From assembly GCA_043808785.1 (NCBI GenBank), contig JAZDEL010000002.1:90001-122000 (forward strand): a stretch of DNA of 32,000 nt. The letters run 5' to 3'. Shown piece after piece: positions 16,457 through 23,777 of this stretch. The position numbers were made by a program, and so were the translations under genes. Position 1 is the first letter of the stretch. Each line of letters begins with the position of its first letter. The stretch comes from Candidatus Iainarchaeum sp. Lineage in GTDB: Archaea > Iainarchaeota > Iainarchaeia > Iainarchaeales > JAZDEL01. The notes under the pieces are model-generated. The model saw only the letters and a list, made by a program, of their open reading frames with translations. It ran no database searches and was not told the origin of the DNA.

Positions 16457-16614
16457 TTTTCTGGTCAGTGGCGCTTTCCGCGCTTGTTTATGCAATCGCG
16501 CTCTTTGCCGGAGGAAGCGGCCTGCACGCATTCCCGCACGTAATATTTTCGCCTGCGGTGATAATTGCGATGTTGCTGACGAACTTGGCATCGGTGGCAA
16601 TGATAATAAAATAG
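16438..16614 (+). CDS. Hypothetical small membrane protein (58 aa); not in the ORF track
   Basis: Manual translation gives MVWLKRIFWSVALSALVYAIALFAGGSGLHAFPHVIFSPAVIIAMLLTNLASVAMIIK*, with two hydrophobic helices. Confidence 0.45.
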   Translation: MVWLKRIFWSVALSALVYAIALFAGGSGLHAFPHVIFSPAVIIAMLLTNLASVAMIIK

Positions 16615-16677
16615 CGCGCGAAAATAGGGAACCACGGCGCGAAAATGTGGGCTGAACCGCGCATCAGGCAGGCGCGC

Positions 16678-17460
16678 TCACGCCTCCAGCTCCATCTCTT
16701 CCGGCTCCCTGTGCTCTATCTCCGAGTGCTCGATTATGTAGCCCTCGATTCTCTCGCCTATCTGTTTCCTGTAAAACACAACCAGTGCAAGCACGGCAAC
16801 AATTGGCACAAGCACAACCGCATTTCCGGGCACGGAAAGGAAATCCATAACCGCCTCGGCATAGCCCGGCCCCGCGGTTATGGGCGGCTTAGGTATCTTG
16901 TAGCGCAGGTTTATGAAATTCGTGGAAATGCCGCCGAGGCTTATCACGTTGCCCGTGACTTTCACGTCGGGCGAAATCTGCCCTGCAACAACCTCCGCGT
17001 TCGGCGGCAGGGTTATCTCTATTGACGTGCCTTTCGGCACCACTATCAGGCTGCCCTGCCTGAACTCGAGCAGCTCGCGGTCCGGGATTTCCCAGAGCGT
17101 TGCGCGAGGCTCATCGCTTATCACGGTTGCGAAAGGGGTGAGCAGTTCGTATGAAAGCGTCAGTACGCCGAGTTCGCTGTCAAAGCTCACCGAACTCCTC
17201 TTCAGGTTGCCCCTTCCGAAGTGCGGGTAAAAGAAATTGTAATCCACCGCCCAGACATCGAGCGACGAGCCGTTCTTTGCGGCATCCGCGGCGAACTCAT
17301 CCTGCTCGAACCCGTGCGCGAACTTGAGGTAATACTTCTCCTCGAATGCAGCGTACCCGTCCTTTGCGACATTTATGCTTACCGCGTACTGCGAAACTCC
17401 CAGCGCGGAGGCATGCGCGGCAAAAATCAGCAACGCAAGCGCCGCAAAAGCACGTTTCAT
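16678..17460 (-). CDS. Hypothetical secreted protein with an N-terminal signal peptide and a C-terminal TM anchor
   Basis: The signal peptide is MKRAFAALALLIFAAHASA. The C-terminus has AVVLVPIVAVLALVVFY followed by an acidic tail. A TATA-like AAAATATATAAT lies about 27 nt upstream of the ATG. Confidence 0.65.
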   Translation of the reverse strand: MKRAFAALALLIFAAHASALGVSQYAVSINVAKDGYAAFEEKYYLKFAHGFEQDEFAADAAKNGSSLDVWAVDYNFFYPHFGRGNLKRSSVSFDSELGVLTLSYELLTPFATVISDEPRATLWEIPDRELLEFRQGSLIVVPKGTSIEITLPPNAEVVAGQISPDVKVTGNVISLGGISTNFINLRYKIPKPPITAGPGYAEAVMDFLSVPGNAVVLVPIVAVLALVVFYRKQIGERIEGYIIEHSEIEHREPEEMELEA

Positions 17461-17619
17461 GCTACAATATGCGCCCTCCCTGATTATATATTTTTTGATT
17501 GGTTCCCCGAAAAGCCGGAAACAAAATCTTTTCCAGCGGTTATGCCGAAAAAGAGCCGTTGGAAAGGTTTAAATTCAGCGGAAACTTATCTAGTATGCCC
17601 TTTGCCTTTGGTGTATAAA

Positions 17620-18306
17620 ATGGAACTTCAATTTCTAGGCCACTCATTTTTCAGGGTTGCGGGGGAAGGCACCACAGTGCTGTTCGACCCTCTCCTGAAT
17701 TTCAGGCCGAGGGCGGACGGTTTGAAGCCCTCGCTGAAACAGCAGGCGCAGAAATCCAAACTGCTCGACGATGTTTCCCTTCTTGTAATTTCCCATGAAC
17801 ATACGGACCATTTCGACAAGGCGGCGATAGAGGAGGCGGCATCAAAAAACAACGCATGCATTGTGGCGCACGATTCCGTGCTCTCGCAGTTAAGCCTGCC
17901 GAAGCCCATGCTGCGCGCCGTTTCCGCGGGGGACAAAATAAGCCTGCGCGGCTGCGAAATTGAGGCAATACCCGCGCACCATCCGCAGGCTTTTTATCCC
18001 TTGAGTTTCCTGCTCACCCTCGGCGGCAAAAGAATATTTTTCGCGGGCGACACGGACCTTACAGACACGCTCACGCGGGTAAAGGCGGACGTTGCACTGC
18101 TCCCCATAGGCGGCACTTACACGATGGATTTGGTGGACGCGGTGCGCGCGACAAAGGCAATAAAGCCGCAGTACGCGATACCCATGCACTACAACACATA
18201 CCCCGAGATAAAGGCGGACCCGCACGAGTTCAGGCAGAGGATTGAGAAGAGCATACTGAAAACAAAGGCAGTTGTGCTTGAGCAGGGGGAATGTTTCAAG
18301 TTTTAG
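17620..18306 (+). CDS. Metallo-beta-lactamase-fold hydrolase (UPF0173-like)
   Basis: Contains the HEHTDH (HxHxDH) motif plus downstream His/Asp ligands. ATG at 17620; the ORF-track extension to 17221 lies antisense to the neighbouring gene. Confidence 0.85.
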   Translation: MELQFLGHSFFRVAGEGTTVLFDPLLNFRPRADGLKPSLKQQAQKSKLLDDVSLLVISHEHTDHFDKAAIEEAASKNNACIVAHDSVLSQLSLPKPMLRAVSAGDKISLRGCEIEAIPAHHPQAFYPLSFLLTLGGKRIFFAGDTDLTDTLTRVKADVALLPIGGTYTMDLVDAVRATKAIKPQYAIPMHYNTYPEIKADPHEFRQRIEKSILKTKAVVLEQGECFKF

Positions 18307-18320
18307 CCTTACAGCATCTT

Positions 18321-19031
18321 TCACGGCAGTTCGCTTTCGTTCGCCTTTTTCAGGTCATCCAAATCGCCGATATCAATGCACGCCCCTGCGTAATGCACAA
18401 CAGCAACTTTCCCCCCCGCGCGCATGAGGATTTTTATGCTGTCCACGATCTCGAACTCCCCGCGCGCGCTTTTTTTTGTTTTCCCTATCGCGCCGAATAT
18501 CTTCTGGTTGAACCTGTAAATGCCGGCGTTTATCAGGTTGCCGGGCTCCTCCCCATAGTTCGGCTTCTCGACGATATCCCTGAGGGTGCCGCCCTCCTCC
18601 ACAAGCACGCCGTAGCGCCAGGGGTCATCAACTGTTCTTCCCACAACTTTGACATCAAAATCATCAAACTCGTCAATGGTTGCGAGTTCGCGGAACAGCG
18701 CGCTTTCGACAAGCACGTCCGCGTTCACAACTAAAAAATTCCCTTTCACGCGCCCGCGCGCGAGCGCAATTGCGTGCGCGGTGCCCAGCTGCTCCGCCTG
18801 GAAAAGGTAATTTACCGGCACGCCGGCAAAGCTTTTGCCGAAGTGCTTTTCAATTTCCTCGCGCCTGTATCCCACGACAATCTCAAACCCGCCAATCCCC
18901 GCTTCCGCAAGCCGCGCAAGAACGTGCTCGAGCAATGGCTTGCCCTTTACCTTGACCATCACTTTTGGGATTTTTTCAGTGAGCGGCCTGAGCCTGACTC
19001 CCCTGCCCGCCGCAAGAATAACCGCTTTCAT
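18321..19031 (-). CDS. Sugar-phosphate nucleotidyltransferase (glucose-1-phosphate thymidylyl/uridylyltransferase-like, short form)
   Basis: MKAVILAAGRGVRLRPLTEKIPKVMV is the GxGxRxxPLT signature. A Rossmann-like fold follows, with no C-terminal LbH domain. ATG at 19031. Confidence 0.88.
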   Translation of the reverse strand: MKAVILAAGRGVRLRPLTEKIPKVMVKVKGKPLLEHVLARLAEAGIGGFEIVVGYRREEIEKHFGKSFAGVPVNYLFQAEQLGTAHAIALARGRVKGNFLVVNADVLVESALFRELATIDEFDDFDVKVVGRTVDDPWRYGVLVEEGGTLRDIVEKPNYGEEPGNLINAGIYRFNQKIFGAIGKTKKSARGEFEIVDSIKILMRAGGKVAVVHYAGACIDIGDLDDLKKANESELP

Positions 19032-19038
19032 ATCCAAG

Positions 19039-19201
19039 CCCCGAAAACAAAAAAACAAAACGCGCGCTAATTGGCTGTTGCCAATTGCGCCCATTTTGGC
19101 GCAAGCCAAAATAGGGCGGTTACGCGGCGGGTTCGCAAACCGCGCGGCAAACCTGCCGCGGCTCCACAAACCCCGCAAACCGCGTTTTGTTTTTATTTTT
19201 C
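19039..19201. repeat. About 160-bp structured intergenic element bounded by imperfect inverted A/T-rich termini
   Basis: The left end is GAAAACAAAAAAACAAAACGCG (19043-19064). The reverse complement of the right end is GAAAAATAAAAACAAAACGCG (19181-19201), matching at about 19 of 22 positions. The interior holds at least three hairpins. Confidence 0.6.
19061..19118. repeat. Two-hairpin module, copy 1
   Basis: Hairpin 1 is AATTGGC-tgtt-GCCAATT (19069-19086). Hairpin 2 is CGCCCATTTTGGC-gcaa-GCCAAAATAGGGCG (19088-19118), 13 bp with one bulged A. The module is near-identical to 27268-27326. Confidence 0.7.
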
Positions 19202-19206
19202 TGCGT

Positions 19207-20133
19207 TCACAAATCAATCTCCATCAAATCATCAGCAACTGTAACGTCCCCGAACTCCCTTCTTGCCTCGTGCTCTATCGCCTTCGCGTCCTTGTGCCTC
19301 GGCGAAATGTGCATGAGCACAAGCCTCTTCGCGCCTGTAAGTGCGGCGGCCTTTCCCGCTTCAAGCGCCGTGCTGTGTTTCGTCTCCAGGGCGCGCCCCC
19401 CCAACTTGTCCATGAACGAGCACTCGTGTATCAAAAGGTCGGAGCCCTTAATCACATTGTGGTATGATTTGTTCGGCAGCGTGTCCCACACTATGGAAAC
19501 CTTTTTGCCGCTGCGCGCTTTCGAGTAATCCATAACCTGCTCGGGCTTAAACGTTTTCATTTTACCTTTTACCTTAACTTTCACGCTCTCCCCCTTCTGC
19601 AGTTTTCCCCACACGGGGCCTTCCGGAATGCCGAGTTCCAGTGCCTTCGCGCGCTGGAACTCCCCGCTCTTCCCCTGCTCCTCGAACACATATCCGTGGC
19701 AGGGCACATCGTGGTCGAGCGGGAACGCGTGCACCGCGAAATCCTTGCCCTCCAGAACCTGCCCCTTCCCCTGCACTTCCTTGCACCTCACTTCAAAATT
19801 CACGCGCAGCATGCTCATCTCTATCGCCTTCTTCACCCATGACGCAATTCCGCGCGGGCCGTAAATGAAAAGCGGATAATCGCGCCCGTGCATGCTCATT
19901 GTCGCAAGCAATCCGGGGAGGCCGAGAAAGTGGTCCCCGTGAAAGTGCGAAATGAAAATATGCGAAATGCGCATGTAGGAAACGCCGGCCTTCATCATCT
20001 GCCTCTGCGTTCCCTCGGGGCAGTCGAAGAGCAGCCACTCCCCGCCCTCTCGTATCGCCACGCTGCTCAGGTTCCTCTCCTTTGTAGGGGTACTGCAGCT
20101 CGTGCCGAGGAATATTATTTTCAGGTGTGCCAT
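19207..20133 (-). CDS. rnz: Ribonuclease Z (tRNA 3' endonuclease)
   Basis: Contains LKIIFLGTSCSTPTKERNLSS and HISHFHGDHFLGLPGLL (HxHxDH). The flexible-arm region and length are typical of the short form. ATG at 20133. Confidence 0.92.
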   Translation of the reverse strand: MAHLKIIFLGTSCSTPTKERNLSSVAIREGGEWLLFDCPEGTQRQMMKAGVSYMRISHIFISHFHGDHFLGLPGLLATMSMHGRDYPLFIYGPRGIASWVKKAIEMSMLRVNFEVRCKEVQGKGQVLEGKDFAVHAFPLDHDVPCHGYVFEEQGKSGEFQRAKALELGIPEGPVWGKLQKGESVKVKVKGKMKTFKPEQVMDYSKARSGKKVSIVWDTLPNKSYHNVIKGSDLLIHECSFMDKLGGRALETKHSTALEAGKAAALTGAKRLVLMHISPRHKDAKAIEHEARREFGDVTVADDLMEIDL

Positions 20134-20261
20134 AAAAACCACGTTCGCAATTGCACAATTGCCTGCACAACTATTTAACTAATATCTTGTATTTAAAACG
20201 AACTACCTGTTGTTTTTTGGGGGGTTTTTTGGGTACGCGTTTGTGTTTTTGGTTATTTAAT

Positions 20262-20297
20262 CCGCAAACCGCGTTTTTGTTTTTTTATTTTTCGGGG
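20262..20297 (+). repeat. Third copy of the T-rich terminal motif (CCGCAAACCGCGTTTTTGTTTTTTTATTTTTCGGGG)
   Basis: It matches 19073-19201 (CCGCAAACCGCGTTTTGTTTTTATTTTTC) and the reverse complement of 19039-19066 (CGCGCGTTTTGTTTTTTTGTTTTCGGGG). Confidence 0.7.
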
Positions 20298-20365
20298 TGC
20301 GCATTCCGCACTTCCCCCCTGTAAAACAATCAGCCTTTTAACTCTTATTATAGTGAATAATCATC

Positions 20366-22354
20366 ATGCCCTCCCCTAAGAAAAAACCCAAGCCGCAGGC
20401 GGATGAAGCCAAGGCACAGCCCGCGGGCGCGGATTTCAGTTACAAATCAACCGCCGAGATAAGGGTGCCGGAAAAACTCATTGACCAGGTCGTGGGGCAG
20501 GAGAACTGCGTGGAATTAATCCGCAAGGCTGCCGCGCAGAAGAGGAATGTCCTGCTTATCGGAATCCCCGGCACGGGCAAATCAATGCTCGCGCAGGCAA
20601 TGGCGGAGATAATGCCCGTGAGCAGGCTTTACGACATAATGATTTACCACAATGATGAGGACCCCAACAACCCGAAGGTGCAGGCTGTTGCAGCGGGCGA
20701 AGGGAAAAAAATCACCGAGCAGGCGCGCATAGAGAGCAAGGCACAGGATGACAACATGCGCCTTGTGGGCCTCGTGCTTCCCATAGGGTGGTCGATACTT
20801 TGCTGGGCGCTCTGGCAGTTCGGCTTCCTGCCCGATGTTGTTTATGCGGCAAGCCTCATACTCAGCGGCTTCCTTATCATAGGGTTTTCACTCGGCTCGC
20901 AGATGCGCGTCAGGATGGGCGGCACAGCGCCGAAATTGCTGATAAATAACGCCGGCAAGAAGATTGCGCCCTTTGTGGAGGGCACGGGCGCAAGGGCTGG
21001 CGCTTTGCTCGGCGACGTTCGCCATGACCCGCTGCAGAGCGGCGGACTGGGGACGCCCGCACACCTGCGCGTTGAGCCGGGCATGATACACCGCGCTTCG
21101 GGCGGGGTTTTGTTTCTGGATGAGATAGCAACCCTCGGCCCGAAAAGCCAGCAGGAACTCCTGACAGCAATGCAGGAAAAGAAATATTCAATCACGGGCC
21201 AGAGCGAAATGTCCAGCGGCGCAATGACGCGCACTGACCCCGTGCCCTGCGATTTCGTGCTTGTTGCCTCGGGCAATTATGACGACCTCAGGCGCGTTCA
21301 TCCCGCATTGAGGTCGCGCATAAGGGGCTATGGCTACGAGGTTTACATGAACATGGACACGCCCGACACGGAAGAAAACAGGAACAAGCTCGTGCAGTTC
21401 GTTGCGCAGGAAGTGAAGAAGGACGGAAGCATACCGCACTTCGCAAAGGACGCGGTTGATGTGCTGATCTTCGAGGCGCGCAGGCGCGCGGACAGGAAAA
21501 ACCGCCTCACCCTCAAGCTGCGCGATTTGGGCGGCCTGATACGCGCCGCGGGCGACATTGCAAAAGCCAAAGGCCATGCGCTTGTTGACGCGCAGGACGT
21601 TTACGAGGCAAGGCTGAGCGCACGCACCCTGGAACAGCAGATGGTGAACAAGATGCTTGAGGAAAAGAAGGATTACGACGTTTATCTGTTCAAGGGCACG
21701 GCAATAGGCAGGGTCAACGGCCTTGCAGTGAGCGCCGACGGGGATGCGGGGCTTATCCTGCCCATCGAGGCCGAGGTTGCGCCTGCGCAGAGCTCAGCGG
21801 AGGGAAAGCTGATTGCCACAGGAAAACTCGGGGAAATCGCAAAGGAGGCAGTGCAGAACGTTTCCGCGATAATAAAGCGCCTCTCGGGAAAGGACATAAG
21901 CAGGCACGATTTGCACATACAGTTCCTGCAGAGTTACTCGGGAGTGGAGGGGGACAGTGCAAGCGTTTCTGTTGCAACTGCCGTGGTTTCCGCGCTTGAG
22001 GGCATACCCGTAAAGCAGTCCCTTGCTATGACGGGCTCCCTCAGCGTGAGGGGCGAGGTTCTGCCTGTCGGCGGCGTCAGCGCAAAGGTTTCCGCCGCAA
22101 TAACCGCGGGCTTCGAGGAAGTTATAGTGCCGAGGGCGAATGTCGACGACATAGTCATAAAGGCCGACCGCCTTGCGAAAATAAAGATAATACCTGTTTC
22201 AACCATTGCCGATGTGCTGGAGCACGCCTTTGTTGCGGGGAGCGCGAAATCCAAACTCCTCGCCAACCTTAAGAAAATCCTGCATGCGGGCGTTCAGTCG
22301 GATGAAAAAATCCCGCTTGCGGAGAAGCCCGTTCCTGAAAAGGCGGCGTGCTAG
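20366..22354 (+). CDS. lon: Archaeal membrane-bound Lon protease (LonB)
   Basis: Contains Walker A GIPGTGKS, two TM helices inserted in the AAA+ domain, Walker B VLFLDEI, the protease Ser motif GVEGDSAS and a downstream Lys. Confidence 0.95.
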   Translation: MPSPKKKPKPQADEAKAQPAGADFSYKSTAEIRVPEKLIDQVVGQENCVELIRKAAAQKRNVLLIGIPGTGKSMLAQAMAEIMPVSRLYDIMIYHNDEDPNNPKVQAVAAGEGKKITEQARIESKAQDDNMRLVGLVLPIGWSILCWALWQFGFLPDVVYAASLILSGFLIIGFSLGSQMRVRMGGTAPKLLINNAGKKIAPFVEGTGARAGALLGDVRHDPLQSGGLGTPAHLRVEPGMIHRASGGVLFLDEIATLGPKSQQELLTAMQEKKYSITGQSEMSSGAMTRTDPVPCDFVLVASGNYDDLRRVHPALRSRIRGYGYEVYMNMDTPDTEENRNKLVQFVAQEVKKDGSIPHFAKDAVDVLIFEARRRADRKNRLTLKLRDLGGLIRAAGDIAKAKGHALVDAQDVYEARLSARTLEQQMVNKMLEEKKDYDVYLFKGTAIGRVNGLAVSADGDAGLILPIEAEVAPAQSSAEGKLIATGKLGEIAKEAVQNVSAIIKRLSGKDISRHDLHIQFLQSYSGVEGDSASVSVATAVVSALEGIPVKQSLAMTGSLSVRGEVLPVGGVSAKVSAAITAGFEEVIVPRANVDDIVIKADRLAKIKIIPVSTIADVLEHAFVAGSAKSKLLANLKKILHAGVQSDEKIPLAEKPVPEKAAC

Positions 22355-22369
22355 TTGATTGGCTGCTGC

Positions 22370-23773
22370 TCAGGGCTCCATGCACATTCTCTTCATTACA
22401 TCTTCCCTGTCGGGTATTTTCCCGCAGAGCGATTTGTCGCCGTGGTGCGGCCCGGTCCCGACTACAAGGAAGTAATAGCAGCTCCCTTTCCCCGAGGAGC
22501 TGTCGCTCATCAAATCGCACTCTGCGGCATTCCGTTCGGTTATTGCCTTGTTGAAATGTAACTGGTCCTTGCACTTCTGCTTATAGCCCGCATCGGATAT
22601 CTTCCCGCACTCCGCCATATCTTCTTTTGAAATTGCATTCGAATAAATTTCCTTGTCTTCCGTGCTCTGGTTCCTCCCGAGCAGGCTTTCGGTACAGTCC
22701 TGCCTTCCCTCTGCGCTTTCTATCTTATTGCACATTGCCAAGTTATACCGTTGCACGCACCCTTCTCTGAACTGCTGCGAACTTATGTTGTTGCACATCG
22801 TAACATCTCCTTCCTTAACCGCAATTGTTATGAAACAATTTGCCTGGCCGGATTCTCCAAGCACGGTGCTTGTGTCCATCTTCCTGCAGAGCCCTTCATC
22901 ATTGCCCCTTTCCGCAATGTCGTTGTAGCAGGTGTTCCTCGAATGTGCCATTGTTTGGATGGTGCTCTCTTTTGGCAGGGCTTCGCAGTATGAACTATCC
23001 CCCGTTGCCAGGGCTTTGCAGTGATTTCTCGCGTCCTCATCAGAAACCCATTTGCAGAGGCTGCCGTCCCCCGACTCGGAGGCAACATCGTAATAGCAGC
23101 TTTCTGCCCACCCATAGCCGCTGTCATCAGATAGGAGGTCGCAGATTGCGGGGTCTTTTTTCGCATTTGCAACGTCCCTTATGCAGCTGTTCCTGTACGT
23201 GCTTTCACTTAATTCCTTGTCAAATTCTATCTTTTCGCATATGGATGCATCAAGCATTGCAACAGCCCGGGCAGTGAAAACCTCCTTTTTGCAGAAATCC
23301 GACTTGCTTTTCCCCATTTCTTTCATATATCCCTCGCCCTGGTATGCCTTATCCTTCAATATCCTTTCGCAGATTTCCTCGTCCAGTTCCGCAACGGCAA
23401 TTGCGCTTACACAGTTGTCCCTCTTTGAGTTATCGCTGAGCTGTTCGCACATTGCCGGGTCGCGCGCGGCAAGCGCCTTTTCAGGGATGCCTGTATCCTT
23501 TGCCTCCCAGACTGCCTCATAGCAGTGCTGCTTTTTCACCGCGTCTTCAGGGGCGCTGACTGCAATTTCGTTGCAGATTGCCGTGTCTTTCGCTGCAACA
23601 GCCCTTGCCGTTATTTTCTCCTCGTCAGTCATTTGTGCGCTTCCGCCCGCGGGGCTGCCGGTGCCCCGCCCTCCCTGCTGCTGCCCCGCAAGTTCCTGCG
23701 GCTGCGGGCAGCCTGAAAGCAGGATAATTGCGGCAAGCGCGGCAAAAAAAAGCAAAGCACAATTTCCCTTCAT
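22370..23773 (-). CDS. Cysteine-paired repeat lipoprotein (hypothetical)
   Basis: It has a signal peptide with the lipobox-like LLSGC and a Gln/Gly-rich linker. About 13 degenerate repeats of roughly 30 aa follow, each with two Cys (pattern D-x3-C-x9-20-C). Confidence 0.75.
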   Translation of the reverse strand: MKGNCALLFFAALAAIILLSGCPQPQELAGQQQGGRGTGSPAGGSAQMTDEEKITARAVAAKDTAICNEIAVSAPEDAVKKQHCYEAVWEAKDTGIPEKALAARDPAMCEQLSDNSKRDNCVSAIAVAELDEEICERILKDKAYQGEGYMKEMGKSKSDFCKKEVFTARAVAMLDASICEKIEFDKELSESTYRNSCIRDVANAKKDPAICDLLSDDSGYGWAESCYYDVASESGDGSLCKWVSDEDARNHCKALATGDSSYCEALPKESTIQTMAHSRNTCYNDIAERGNDEGLCRKMDTSTVLGESGQANCFITIAVKEGDVTMCNNISSQQFREGCVQRYNLAMCNKIESAEGRQDCTESLLGRNQSTEDKEIYSNAISKEDMAECGKISDAGYKQKCKDQLHFNKAITERNAAECDLMSDSSSGKGSCYYFLVVGTGPHHGDKSLCGKIPDREDVMKRMCMEP

Positions 23774-23777
23774 AAAA

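Noticed and set aside
17221-17619. N-terminal extensions offered by the ORF track: 17221 for the MBL hydrolase, 5639 for nfo, 13396 for pheT, 15020 for pheS, 19217 for the nucleotidyltransferase, 20142 for rnz, 9921 and 9819 around rfcL, 1080 for the first pilin-like gene, and 6754 for the PIN gene.
   Set aside because: The extensions start at GTG or TTG, or run across divergent promoters or into neighbouring genes. The conserved protein N-termini begin at the internal ATGs, which I verified in the sequence.
20213-20233. Telomere-like T6G6T6G3 run.
   Set aside because: It is a single occurrence inside a chromosomal intergenic spacer, not an array. I treat it as part of the GT-skewed spacer class rather than a telomeric or G-quadruplex element in its own right.
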